A stretch of DNA of 64,000 nt from NCBI GenBank assembly GCA_013239625.1, contig MU053821.1:1-64000 (forward strand). Direction: 5' to 3'. Under the pieces are notes generated by a model that saw only the letters and a list, made by a program, of their open reading frames with translations, was not told where the DNA came from and made no database searches. Shown in pieces: positions 51,102 through 64,000 of the stretch (position 1 is the stretch's first letter; every line of letters starts with the position of its first letter). Both the position numbers and the translations under genes were made by a program. Source of the stretch: Lama guanicoe (lineage: Eukaryota).

Positions 51102-54085
51102 ACCAACCACTGAACAGCCATTGAGAAAAAGGACTGGAACCTAGCAAAAAGATCTTCAACTGGAAACATAAAGGCAACAACAGTGGAACAGTAGAAGGGG
51201 TTTGTTCATAATATAATTGGGTCCCATATCACTGGGTGGGCAACCCACAACTAAAAAATAATATTGTCTCAGAAGCCCTCCCAAAGAAATGAGAGTTCTT
51301 GACCTCACATCAGGCTCCACAGCCCAAGGTTCTGGCATTGGGACAAGGAGACCCCAGGACATCTGGTTTTGAAGGCCAGTGGGACTTAGCTCCAGGAGCC
51401 CCATGGTACTGGGGGAAAGAGACTTCACTTTCTTGAGAAGTGTACACAGAATCTCACATGCACCAGGTCAAAAGGCAGAGTAAAAAATTTCATAGGAACT
51501 TGGGCCAGGCCTGCCTGCTGGTTTTGGAAGGCCTCCTGAGGAGGTAGAGGATAGATGCAAGTCACCCAGGGGACAAAAAGCTGGTGGTGGTCATTCCAGG
51601 ACTATTCATTTACATGAGATTTCCTGGAGGCTGACATCTTGATTGGATCATTAACACCAAGACCTAGCCCCACAAAATGGCCTGTAAGCTTAAGGGCTGG
51701 GAAGCCTCAGACCAAACAATACACTGGGTGGGAACACAGCCCCACTCATCAACAGACTTCCTAAGCCACAAATGCCGCTAGACACAGCCCTACACACCAG
51801 GACCAAGATTCACCCAGCAGTGGGCAGGCACTGGCTCCTCCTGCCAGGAAACCTGAATAATCCCCTGGTTCAGCCTCATCCACCAGGGGCAGATTCCAGA
51901 CATAAGAACAAAATAATCCAAAGCCTGTGGAAGGAATCCACTAACACAGCCAAGATTCTGCACTGGAATTGACTGGACCCTGATCCTTGGGTGATAAGAG
52001 AGGAATATACTGCTGGGAAATATAGGACATCTCCCACAGAGGACCACTTCTCTAAGACTGAGAAACATAATCAACCAACCTAAAAATACAAATAGAAAGA
52101 CAGAAAAAATGAGGTGGCATAGGAATACCTCCCAGGCCAAAGCATGAAATAAAGTCCAGAAGAAGAAATAAATGATGAGGAGATAGGCAATTTATCTGAG
52201 AATGAATTTAAGGATGGTGAAGATGTTCAGAGAACTCAGAACAAAGCAACGTTTTTAGCAAAGAGTTGGAAAATATAAATAACACCCAAACAGAGTTGAA
52301 GAATAAAATCATAGAAATTAGTAACACACAAGAAGAAACAAAGAAGAGACTAAATGATGCAGAAGAATGGATTATTGAGCTAGAAGACAGATTAGTGGAA
52401 ATCACTACTACAGAACAGAAAACATAGAAAGAATGAAAAGAAATGAGCATAGTTTAAGAGAACTTGGGACAACATGAAGTACTCTAATATTCACGTTATA
52501 GCAATCCCAGAAAGAGAAGAGAGAGAGAGAAAGGACCTGAGAAATTTTTGAAGAGGTAATAATGGAAAATGTTTCCAACTTGGGAAAGGAAACAGTCACC
52601 CAAGTCCAGAAAACACAGAGTTCCAAAGAGGATCAACCCAAAGAGAAACACACCAAGACACACAGTAATCAAATTGACAAAAATTAAGAATAGGAGAAAA
52701 TATTAAGAAGCAACAAATAACATAGAAAAGAACTCCTGTAAGATTGTCAGCTGAATTTTCAGCAGAATTCCTTCAGGCCGGAAGGGGGTGGCTCAATATA
52801 TTAGGTGATGAAAGAGAAAAACTTACAACCAAGAATACTCTATCCTCTATACTCTATTTGGATTTGATGGAGAAATCAAAAGATTCACTGATAAACAAAA
52901 TCTAAAAGAATTCAACACCACCAAACCAACTTCCAAAAAATGTTAAAGGAACTCCTCTATTCATCAAAGCACAAGAAAAGAGAACAAAAGGAAAAAAGAG
53001 AAGAAAAAAAACCCCTCAAAACTATTAACAAAGTGACAATAAGAACGTATGTATGGATAATTACCTTAAATGTAATTAAACACTCAAACCAAAAGACATA
53101 GACAGGCTGAATAGACAAAAAAGCAAGATCCATATATATGCTGTCTACAAGAGACCCAGTTGAGAGCTAGAAACACATGCAGGCTGAAATCAAGTTGATG
53201 GAAAAATACTTTCCATGCAAACACACAGCAAAATAAAGCTGGAGTAGCAGTACTTATATCAGACAAAATAGATTTTAAAATAAACACTGTTAGAAGAGAC
53301 ACAGAAGGACACTACATAATGCTCAGTGGATCAATCCAAGAAGAGGATATGTCAATTGTAAATATATATGCACCCAACATAGGCTTACCTCAGTATATAA
53401 AGCAATTGTTGACAGACATAAAAGGAGAAATTGATGATAACATAATAATAGTGTGAGACCTTAACTTCCCAGTTACATCAATGGACAGATCATCTGAACA
53501 GAAAATCAATAAGGAAATACAGGTCCAAATGACACATCAGAACAGATGGTCTTGATATCTATAAAACATTCCATTTGAAAGCAACAGAATACACATTCTT
53601 CTAAAGTGCTCATGATTCTCTAGAATCGATTACATGCTGGCCCACAAAGCAAGCCTTAGCAAATTTAAGAAAACTAAAATCGCACCAAGTATCTTTCCTG
53701 ACCACAAACCTATAATATTAGAAATCAACTACAAGAAAAAAAGGGTAAAAACTACAAACACATGAAGCTAAACAATATACTACTACACAATAAATGGATC
53801 ACTGAAGAAACCAAAAAGGAAATCAAGTATACTTTGAGACAAATGAAAATGAAAACACAACAATCCAAATCCTCTGGGATGCTGGAAAAGCAGTTCTCTG
53901 AGGGAAGTTTATGGTGATAAAAGCCTAACTCAGGAAACAGGAAAAAATCCAAGTAAACAACATAATCTTATACCAAAAGAATCTGGAGAAAGAAGAACAA
54001 GCAAACCCTTAAGTTAGTAGAAGGAAAGAAATCATAAAGATTGAGGACAAATAACTGAAATAGAAACAAAGGAAAGAAAGAAGGA

Positions 54086-54157
<72 letters not shown>

Positions 54158-56870
54158 ATCAATGAAACTAAAAGCTGGTTATTTGAAAAGATAAATAAAA
54201 TTGATAAACCTCTAGTCAGACTCAGTAGGGAAAAAGGGAGAGAGCCAAAATTAACAGTCAGAAATGAAAAAGGGAAGTTACAACTGACACTACAGAAGTG
54301 GAAGGGATCATAAGAGGATACTATGAGAAACTATATGTATGCAGAAGAAATGGACAATTTCTTAGAAAGGTACAATTTGCCAAGACTGAACCAGGAAGAA
54401 ATAGACAATACGAATAGACCTATTACCAGTACTGAAATTGAATCAGTAATTAAACACCTCCCAACGAACACAATTCTAGGACCAGATGGCTTCACAGGTG
54501 AATTCTACCAAATATTTAGGGAATAGTTAACAGCTATCTTTCTGAAACTATTACAAAAAAATTACAAATGAAGGAGAACTTCCAAACACGTTCTATGAGG
54601 CCGCCATCACCCTGATACCAAAATGAGACAAAAATATCACAGAAAAAGAAAATTGCAGGTCAGTATCACTTATGAATATAGATGCAAAATCCTTAACAAA
54701 ATACTAGCAAATGCATTAAAAGGATCATACACCAAGATCAAGTGGGATTTATCCCAGGGATGCAAGTATTTTTCAATATTTGCAAATCAATCATGGCATA
54801 TACCACATTAACAAATTGATGAATATAAACCATATGATCATCTCAATAGATCCAGAAAAATCTTCCGATAAAGTTCAACATCCACTTATGAAAAACTCTG
54901 CAGAAAATAGGCATAGATGGAACATACTTCAGCATAGTTATGGACAAATATGTCAAACCCACAGCTAACATCATAGCTAATGGGGAAAAGCTAAAATTAT
55001 TTCCTCTAAAATCAGGATGAAGACAAGGAAACCCAATCTCACCACTTTTCTTCTACATAGTTTTGGAAGTCTTATCAATAGCAATCAGAGAAGAAAAAGA
55101 AATAAAGAGAATCCAAATTGGAAATTAAGAAGTAAAACTGTCACTGTTTGCAGATGACATGATATTATACATAGAAAACCCTAAAGAAGTGATGAGAAGA
55201 CTACTAGAAATTATTAGTAGTTTGGTAAAGTTGCAGAATAAAAAATTAATATACAGAATCTGTTGCATTTCTACACACTAACAATGAAATAGCAGAAAGG
55301 GAAGTTAAGAAAGTGATATCATTTACCATCACACCAAGAAGACTAGAATACCTAGGATAAACCTACCCGAGGAGGCAAAGGACCTGTATTCCAAAACTGT
55401 AAGACACTGATGAAGGGAAATGAAGGTGTCATAAACAGATGGAAAGATACACTGTGTTCTTGGATTGGAAGAACCAAAATTGTTAAAATGGCCATACTAC
55501 CAAAGGCATTATATAGATACAATGAAATCCCTATCAGATAACCAATGACATTCACAGAGCTAGAACAAAAAATGTCAAAATTTATATGGAAACACAAAAG
55601 ACTGAATAGCCAAAACAATCTTGAAAAGTAGAGAGGAGCTGGGGGAATCCACTTTCCCTGACTTTAGTTTATACCACATAGACACAATAATCAAAACAGT
55701 ATAGTACTGACACAAAAATGGACACATAAATTACTGGAAGAGGATGGAGATTTCAGAAATAAAGCCACGCACTTATGAACAATTAATCTGTGACAGAGGA
55801 GGCAAGAACATACAATGAGAAAAGACAGTCTCTTCAGTTTGTGGCACTGGGAAAACTGGACAGCTACCTGTAAAAGACTGAAATTAGAACATTCTTTAAC
55901 ACCACATACAAAAGTAAACTCAAAATGGATCAAAGACTTAAATGCAAGACCAAATACTACAAAACTCCTAGAAGAAAACAGGCAGAACACTCTCATACAT
56001 AAAGCACAACAATATATTTTTTGAACCGGCTCTTGGAATAATGGAAAAGCAAAGAGAAACAAATGGGATATGATTAGACTTAAAAGATTTTGCACAGCTA
56101 TGGATGCTATCAACAAAATGAAAAGTCAACCTACAGAATGGGAGAGAATATTTCAAATGATAAGACTGACAAAAAACTAATTTCCAAAATATACTAATGA
56201 CTCATACAGCTTAATATAAAAAAAAAAGCAACCCAATCTGAAAATAGGCAGAAAATCTAAACAAACAATTCTCCAATGAAGACACACAAATGGCCAAGAA
56301 GCACGTGAAAAAGTGTTCAGCATCACTAATTGTCAGAGAAATGCAGATCAAAACTAATATGAGATATCACTTCACACCAGCCAGGATGGTCATCATTAAA
56401 AAGTCTACAAATGATAGATGATGGAGAAGGTGTGGAGAAAAGGGAGCTCTCTTCCACAGCTGATGGGAGTTTAGATTGGTGCAGTTACTATGGAGGACAG
56501 TATGGAGGTTTAAAAAACTAAAAATAGATTTACCATGTGATTCAGCAGTCCCACTCCTGGGCATATATTTGTACAAAAATAAAATTCAAAAAAAATACAT
56601 GCACCCCAATATTCACAGCAGCACTATTTACAGTAAATTAGACATGGAAAGAACCCAAATATTCATCAAGAGATGACTGGATAAAGAAGTTGTGGTATTT
56701 ATTCCATACAATGGAATACTACTCACACATAAAAACGAAAAAAATAATGCCATTTGCAGCAAGATGGATGGAAATGGAGATCATCATTCTAAGTGAAATA
56801 AGCCAGAAAGAGAAAGAAAAATTTCATATGATATCACATATGTGTAATCAAAAAAAGAACACAAATAAAC
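51102..56870 (+). mobile_element. Older LINE-1 (copy 4) with a different 5'UTR, ORF1 from ~52109, ORF2 ~53035-56850; defective
   Basis: Peptides [30 protein letters not shown] (54323-54526) and [10 protein letters not shown] (55815-56024); 5'UTR not homologous to copies 2 and 3. Confidence 0.93.
54068..54158 (+). repeat. (GAAA)n microsatellite inside L1 ORF2
   Basis: Directly visible. Confidence 0.97.
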
Positions 56871-58104
56871 CACTTGTTATTTATAACTTAGATAATTCAT
56901 TTCTTAAATATGTATAGGTATATTTGACTGTCCTTTATGATTGGATTATCACATTGTGTTGAGTTTTACTTTGTGGTTGGCTTTATTGCTTTGATAACTA
57001 TGTAAGTTTAAAAAGCTAAAGCTCTAAACTGTTCTTAGAAACAATGATCAGTACATATATGGAAACTAAAAAATATATGTGCAGTATATTGTATATATGT
57101 ATTTACATGCAATATATTGTACATGTGTAGTCAAATTGTAACAATTCTACCTAATAAAACTGAAAAAATAAAACAAAAAACAAATGAATATATTTCTAAT
57201 GATGCCCATTTGAGCGATGTTAAGAGGATATCATTGAATGAACACCTGCTGAACAATGCAAACTGTGACAGATTGGCTTCTTCTGATTGTCCTGCTCCTC
57301 CAACTCATCAGAATGGCTTTGCATACCTTCCCAGCCTCCACTGGCCAGAAGTTCAAGTTAGGCACTAATCTGAATACACAATCATGATTTTCTGATCACA
57401 GAATGTGAAACAATATAAAAGGAAGTCTCATTTAAGATTCACATGAACATGGTCCAAAGATAATGAAAACTACTGCTTGTGTGTATATCCCTATTCTCAT
57501 TACCCAATCCTATATGTTCAAGGAAAAGTCCTTTCTGCCTGTAGCACTGCTGGTAAAGATGGGCAGACCGGGAGATGAGTCCAGCTAGGATTTACCTCCA
57601 CCAGGGGTCTTGTGCCTCTTCCTCATGAGGCAACACCAGTCAATGCCAATAGGTGGCAACCGCAGTCTGCCTAAAACTTTGGTTCTCACTTCCCAAGGAG
57701 CTCAGGCCACAGAATCCTTATTGTTTGGTCTGAGATCTGGGATCTCCCAGGCCTGTGGACTCACATCCTCCCCCAACCAGCCCTACTGCAGCCTCAGAGA
57801 TAATGTGTAGTAACTAAGTGAGTTGATAAAAGTCTGGATCTAGTGCAAATCAGAAAGAGGCCTCTCTACCATAAAATGAGCTTTTTGTTTGGGGACATAA
57901 CCCAACATGGTTTGTTCAACAATTTCTAGGTGTAATCAATTAAGACATTAACCAGTAAAGTCAAATGGAAGTTTTTTATTGGCTACTGGTGATACCACAC
58001 AAGGCTGGCAGAACTGTATTTCTAGGTGTTTACTTCTTTATTCCCTGAAACATCTAGAAAATGCTCTGAATGCTCCTGGCCAGGCAGGGTCTCCAATGTA
58101 ACTG

Positions 58105-59260
58105 TGAGATAGTGTACAGCCATTCAATGAATGACACAGCAGTTAACATCAAAATGGCGGAAGATTTAACTCACAGTTGGCCTTAAGGCTCAAGATGGTG
58201 GGAGATTTGACTTCTAGTAGAACTTGAGCTTCATTATACAAGAATTGTAATATATTAGTATAGTCAATAACAAGCCAACATGCACCATGAAAACACCAAG
58301 TCTAACCATATAAGGTCAAAGAATGGGCAATGGCCAACTACCTGGGAATCACAACCCCTACCCCAGGATACTTAGAATGGCCTTCTCACTGGAGTGGAAA
58401 GCCCCATTAAAAGACTGGCAGTACCCTCAGGCAGGGCTACTGCTTTACTGCCAGCACCATACGGTTCCCTGGCCCAGTGGCATTACCTCGCTTTTTGTTT
58501 CTATAAAGTAAGCCACTTCTTCTAAGAAAGCAGATCTTACCTCTAAGATTCTGTCGGTTCCCCAAGCTCATTCCTGATTGGTCCAATTGTAACATCTCAT
58601 TTGCATAAACCCACTCCTGATTGGTCCATTTCTAAAAAACTCTTCCCTGATTATTCAACTTTGTTACCCCTTATTTGCATATAATGTTACAAAGTCTAGA
58701 CTGGGAGCCTATAAATCTTGTGTAAACCTATAAACAGGGTCCAGAGCTTGGAGTAGTAACCCCTCTGGGCCCACTGGTGTAATAAACCTGAGTTCTCCAG
58801 CCCTCTGAGTGCTGCTTGGTCTCTCATCAGGATCCAGGTTGCTGTCACAACTGAGCTGTAACACTGAGCTGTAACGCACTTTGCTGCAACACCACTTGTT
58901 AGCATATGAAGTTTCAAAGCCCATAAAAACTGGCAACATGGTGCTTTATAACCTCCATTTTTGCTCCTTCATCTTCAGAAAAGACCCATATTCTGTCTAT
59001 GGGGTGTATACCTACATTTACTTTAACCTAAGCACCCAACCCCCTCATCTCATGGCCTTTCTCTTGCCTTTTGAAACAGCCTACACTTATGCAGTATATA
59101 TCTCTCTAAATAAATTTTCCATTACTTAACTGTGTCTCATTCTTGAATTCTTTCCTGCATTAAGCCAAGGGCCTACATCTGGTAAGGCATGACCCAGGGA
59201 CTTAACTGAGACCTGGGACATGGCCCTTCTTATGCCCCATATCCATTTTTTTCTGCATCA
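58105..59260 (+). mobile_element. ERV1-type solo LTR (outer), interrupted by a second LTR
   Basis: TG...CA ends with 4-bp TSD ACTG (58101-58104 / 59261-59264); AATAAA at ~59109. Confidence 0.8.
58390..58891 (+). mobile_element. ERV1/gamma-type solo LTR (inner), same family as 61951-62471
   Basis: TG...CA, near-TSD tcac/ccac; colinear with the reverse complement of 61951-62471; ATTGG (CCAAT) and ATTTGCAT octamer repeats, TATAAA, AATAAA. Confidence 0.9.
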
Positions 59261-60220
59261 ACTGGGTACTAAGCTTTCTCAGACTCATAGACATTAGAAA
59301 ATTCCAGAAATAATAAAAAGTAGGAGTAAGGAAAGTAAAGTGAATCCCTCCTGAGCTGCATGGGGAAATCAGCTGGGAGTTTCTGTGTGCACACAGTTTC
59401 AGGGCTGATCCCCAGAGGTTATGATTAACTGGTTTGGATATACCCTGGGTAGCTGGAGTTTTGAAAGATTCCCCAGGTAACTCCAGTATTCTCCCAAAAC
59501 TGAGAATCATTGTTAGATATAAGCCTTTGCTCCTGTGTTACTTAAATCTTCACATTCACTAGCTAGTTTAGATTCCTCATGTATTTAAAAGAAATCCTAA
59601 ACTTAATAAAAAGATGAATGCAGTGAGAATTATAGAAACTTGATTAAATCAAGCATAATGCTAGACAGCTTTTTAAAATTTCTAGAATGGTCACCATTAA
59701 CTGTGCTATGCAAAGTTTAATAACACCAACATACTCCTTGGTCTAGCCATTTCTGAGTGAAATCTTTGTATTTGTGATCTTCAAACAGTCCTGGATGTCT
59801 GAAAGTAAGCTATGTTGCATTTCAAATTTTGAATGACCTGGCAATTTGTTTGCATCAAACCTCTTTAACCTCTGTAATTGATAGGACAGCATTCACTTTA
59901 TATATATTTTTATATGCCATCTAAACTCTGAAGCAGATAGCTATAAATGCCACTTAGATTAAATCTATTTAAAGGTTAATATACAGGCATCACTAGAGTA
60001 AGCCATGGCAGTAGCTGAACTGGATAATATGCTATTTATATAGCCAGACCATGAAAATCCACCACTTGGATTTTTGGTAACATTTTCACATACAATTATA
60101 TTCTTTAATTTCACAGACATTTTGACTACATTTACCTCTCAAAGTTAGGCAGTGTTGGAGAAATGTAATTGAAAGACCATACAAACTGACCCAGTTTTAT
60201 ACTCAACAGCTATGTGGATT

Positions 60221-60754
60221 TGTAATAGAGAAGAACAAATCTGACTCCATATTGGATCTGTTCCTTTAGTTCTAACCACTGAGCCCTGTTTTCTAGGCTT
60301 GGTCTTGCTAGTTCTTCACCTTTTATAAAACAATGTTGCCTTTAGCCTGAGATATAGGGAAAGCCTATTCTCAGGGCTCTGTCCTTTAAGGTTGTTAGTA
60401 CTTCTACATTTATGTAGAGATGGCAAGTTGCAAAATGGAGAATATTCTTTGTTTTGTTGGAGGTTTACAGGAACACCATTGTCTGACCCATGGGTGGCTG
60501 CAAAAACATAGAATTCCTACAGCAAAAAGTTTGTGACAATGAACCACACCCCCTCCTCTGTTTTGTTTGTTTGTTTGTTTTATAAAAGGAGCCTGTATTC
60601 TGACCAGAGCAAGATGGTTCCCTAAGACATTAGTCTGCTATCTTTGTGATCTGCTGACTTTCTAAATAAAGTCGCTATTCCTTGGCCCAACACCTCATCT
60701 CCCAGTTTACTACCCTGTTGTGTGGTGAGCAGAATGATTTTGGACTCAGTAACA
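60221..60754 (+). mobile_element. ERV1-type solo LTR
   Basis: TGTAA...TAACA ends with 4-bp TSD GATT (60217-60220 / 60755-60758); TATAAAA at ~60581, AATAAA at ~60665. Confidence 0.88.
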
Positions 60755-61329
60755 GATTTAGGAAGTTTTATCACTATTTCAAAATTTCACTTTGCATATC
60801 TCTGCTATGAGATAATCTCCACTTTAGTAGTTTTTCTTAAGTACATGGAAGAAACCTGTAGTATTCTGTTAAATGTTTTATGGTAGATTCTTGGGAGGGA
60901 GGTAAAGCCCTGTTTTGTACCATTTGTTGATTTTCTTGGTCAAAATACTCCTACCACGACCAATTTCAAGATACAAATGTAACATTAAATATGGAGTTGA
61001 GAAGAGTTGTACTGTCTTGGATAATCTGTCTTAAGGTTCCTAACACAAAAATGCTTGCCTAGAATACAGCAAACATTCACAAAATATTACATCCCTTCCC
61101 CTACTCTTAACAGGAACATTTAAATTGATTTAGGACTTTGCCCTTTTAAAAATATTTCATATATACTATCTTATTAAATTTTGAAGGAATGTTGTGAAAT
61201 GGGCAGAATGGGTATTATTTCTATATTTCACAGTTGAAAAATCTCAGGCTCAGAGCTGGAGCAAAGCCCCAAAGCCACAAAGTTAGTAATACGTAAAATG
61301 AGTGCAGCAAGAAGACTAATGGTCAAGGC

Positions 61330-61792
61330 TGGCTGCATCCTAATCAACATAACCTGTGAATTTGGTTTGTTACCGAAATAAAGAGAATTTAGGTTGCTAA
61401 TGAATTTAAGATTACTAATCAGCTGACTAGATTGGAATAGGCACAATATAGTCATGAAGTTCTTATAGGCTAAAGACAAGGGCAGAAAAGAAGAATCAAA
61501 GAGGAACGTGATTATGGAAGAAAGGTCAGAAAGATACAGTGTTACTAGCTTTAAAGATGGAAGAACAGCTACAAGCCTGGGAATATGGGTGGTTTTTTAA
61601 AAACTGAAAAAGACAAGGAAACGGACTTTTCCCTATAGCCTACAAAAGGAACACAGGCATATAAAGCCTTTGTTTTAGTCCAATAAAGCTTTTGTGGGAC
61701 CTCTGAACACCAGAGCTGAAAGGTAGTAAATTAGTGATGTCTGAGCTGTTAAATCTGTGATAATTTTATAGCAGCCAAGCGAAAGTAATACA
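61330..61792 (+). mobile_element. MaLR (MLT1-like) LTR, degraded
   Basis: ctttaaagatggaaga...aaagacaaggaaacggacttttcccta...atagcagcc..taataca pattern. Confidence 0.7.
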
Positions 61793-61950
61793 GTGGACTG
61801 GCAACTAGATTTCCTTATTCCTAAAATCAGCTGTGACATTAGCAGTAATACTGACTTCATCACCACAGAAATCATGGTGCTAAGGTGTCAATCCTTCAGG
61901 GGAACTTAAAAGATCTGGTAGCATCTGGAGTATTTCTGGCAGTGTAGTCT

Positions 61951-62471
61951 TGTTGCAGCAAAATGTGTTACAGCTTGGTGTTACAGCTCAGTTGTGACAG
62001 CAGCCTGGATCCGGGTGAGAAACCAAGCAACAGAGGGTTGGAGAACACAGGGTTTTTATGGCAGCGGGCCCAGAGGAGTTAACACTCCAAGCTCTTGACC
62101 GTATCTGTAGGTTTACACAGGCATTTATAGGCTGCTAGTCTATTCTTCGCAATATCGTATGCAAATAAGGTGTAACAAAAGTTCACTAATTAGAAACGAG
62201 ATTTGTAGAAATGGACCAATCAGGGGTGATAGAAATGGACCAATCAGGAGTGAGCTCCAAGCAAATGAAGTGCTACAAATGGATCTATCAGGAGTTAGCT
62301 CAGGGAACCAAGATAATCTTAGGGGTAAGTTCCACTTTTCTAGAAGTAAGTCGTTTCAGAGGCAAAAAGTAAGATAATGCCGTGTAGCCAGGGAACCGGA
62401 TGGTGCTGACAGTAAAGTAGTGGCCCTGCCTGGGGGTCCTGCTGGTCTTTTTCATGAGGCTTCCCACCTCA
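61951..62471 (-). mobile_element. 3' LTR of a gamma-type (ERV1) provirus
   Basis: On the minus strand: PPT aaaagagggtaa, then TGAGGTGGGAAGCC...tgctgcaaCA. Confidence 0.9.
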
Positions 62472-62509
62472 TTACCCTCTTTTGATGCTCTAACATCTGA
62501 AGTGAGTAT

Positions 62510-64000
62510 CAGCCTTTAGAGTGGTGCCCCTTACTCACCATGCTCTTCCATGTCCAGGGTCCTGTACTGAGTAACCAGTAGCTGTAGCCTTAATGACACT
62601 ATTTGTGAACTGATAAAATGACTAATGTGATTAAGTATGCAGGGACCAAACAGCAGGGCTAGAAGGATCATAAAGAGAGGGACTGCTAGTGGGAGGAGCC
62701 AGGAGGCCAAACTCCAGAGGTTTTTCCATTGTGCTAAGGAATTTGCTAATGCCTGGTGTCTGCATTCACCTCAATCTCATAGTTGTTGGCCTGCATTTCT
62801 GACACTTGCTAATTGATTTACATAGAAATAGCGTTCCTTATTTAGGAAGAGAAAGTCCACTCTTTAGGGTGGTGAGCAAGTCTAAATCCCTCCTGTTCTG
62901 TAGGACTATTGCCACTAGGCATTCTAACTGATTTTGTAGTCATCACAGACTCAGCCACTTGTTTTAACTCTTCAGTGACCTCAGTGGGTAACTGCTGGTT
63001 AAAGTAGGATGATGAGGGTATTCCTCTTATTCCTGTGCCCACTCCAGTCGCTATTCCTAGCCCAATGAGTAGTGGTATTAACTGGATGGCCCTTTTTGAT
63101 TGAGGATGGGCCTTCAGGGGTATGGGAAGCCTCTGGTTATTAGGTATTATGTCCATCTGAGGGGTAAGGAAGGCCAGTGTGCACGTACCTGTCCAACTGG
63201 CTGGCAGGCACTGGTAGGTGTGTGTCCCACATAAGAAAAAGGTTTCTGGGCTCAGTGTGCAGAGCTTTCAGGGTTTGACAGGCATATAACCATAAATAGT
63301 TGTACAGTTATGGGTTTGGGCACACTGGGCAGTGGCCAGACTTCCTACATAATGTTTTGTCCCCAGGTTGTGGATGCAGTCAGGAGCTGTGCGGGCCAAC
63401 TGTGCATTAACTGACTTGGGGCTTACATCTGTGGAGTCCAGGGACCACACAGTGTGGCCATTAAACTTGGTTATATCTGAGAGGCCTATCAGGCTGGCTA
63501 CATGCTGAAGGGGCCAGGATGCAGGGAGAACCAACAATCACTTGCTAGCTGTGGGTTAGTAGCAATTAAATGGTGATGGACCTTGCTTAATAAGGGACTT
63601 AATGAGGGGTCCTTGTTATAAGACATGAGCCTAGGTGTATATGTATATATACACACACATAACCCCCCTGCCCCGGTCCTTACCAGGTTTATAGAAGGGC
63701 CCTGAGCATGTGGACTGGTGTGTGTGGGGGTTTCCTGGGAAGAAGGTCCCTTCCAAAAGCAAACTGGTGAACAGTTCCCATTGGAACCCCCGCCATTGAG
63801 AACCCCCACTATTTCACAAGCAGCAAGAGGGCTTGGGGTTTCATTCTTTCTAACACAGAGGTATGGTTACTATAAAAGACACAAAATGACCATTAGGCTT
63901 CCTATTATAGAGAGATAGAATACAGCTAGTATTAGTTTCTGGCCTATATTCTAATCCTGGGGTGCAGTGGCCATAGGTCCTACAGCTAGCAATACAGAAA
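62510..64000 (-). pseudogene. env: Gamma-type env, defective; provirus continues beyond the window
   Basis: SU motif TNPQLASDCWFSL; SKR/AIQLIPLLIGLGIATGVGTG fusion peptide (track ORF 62842-63156); ISD LQNRRDLDLL in a shifted frame at ~62875-62905; decayed CX6CC; stops and frameshifts. Confidence 0.92.

Noticed and set aside
1..64000. CRISPR arrays, operons or prokaryotic defence systems
   Set aside because: The sequence is mammalian repeat-rich DNA; there is no repeat-spacer array or bacterial gene organisation.

Overview
Eukaryotic (mammalian) genomic DNA made almost entirely of transposable elements. No intact protein-coding gene was recognised. A tRNA-derived SINE at ~50.97 kb resembles the camelid vic-1 SINE, suggesting alpaca, llama or camel. 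The window holds four long + strand LINE-1 copies of different ages and several older or minus-strand L1 pieces. Its centre is a three-level nest: an old minus-strand L1 is interrupted by a betaretrovirus-like (ERVK) provirus (LTR, dUTPase/pro, pol, env, LTR), which is interrupted in its integrase by a full-length L1 with a 14-bp TSD and a CpG-rich 5'UTR. The right end has a cluster of ERV1-type LTRs with 4-bp TSDs and the 3' part (defective gamma-type env plus LTR) of a minus-strand provirus. The most notable observations are: a 78-nt U2 snRNA 5' fragment inside an L1 5'UTR; private mutations, including a frameshift, shared by two neighbouring L1s (possible gene conversion); a G-to-A (APOBEC3-like) signature in the ERVK pol; and a 5' deletion of the provirus patched with ~150 bp of unexplained filler. 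All identifications are by eye. No database search was run, and boundaries without a TSD are approximate.
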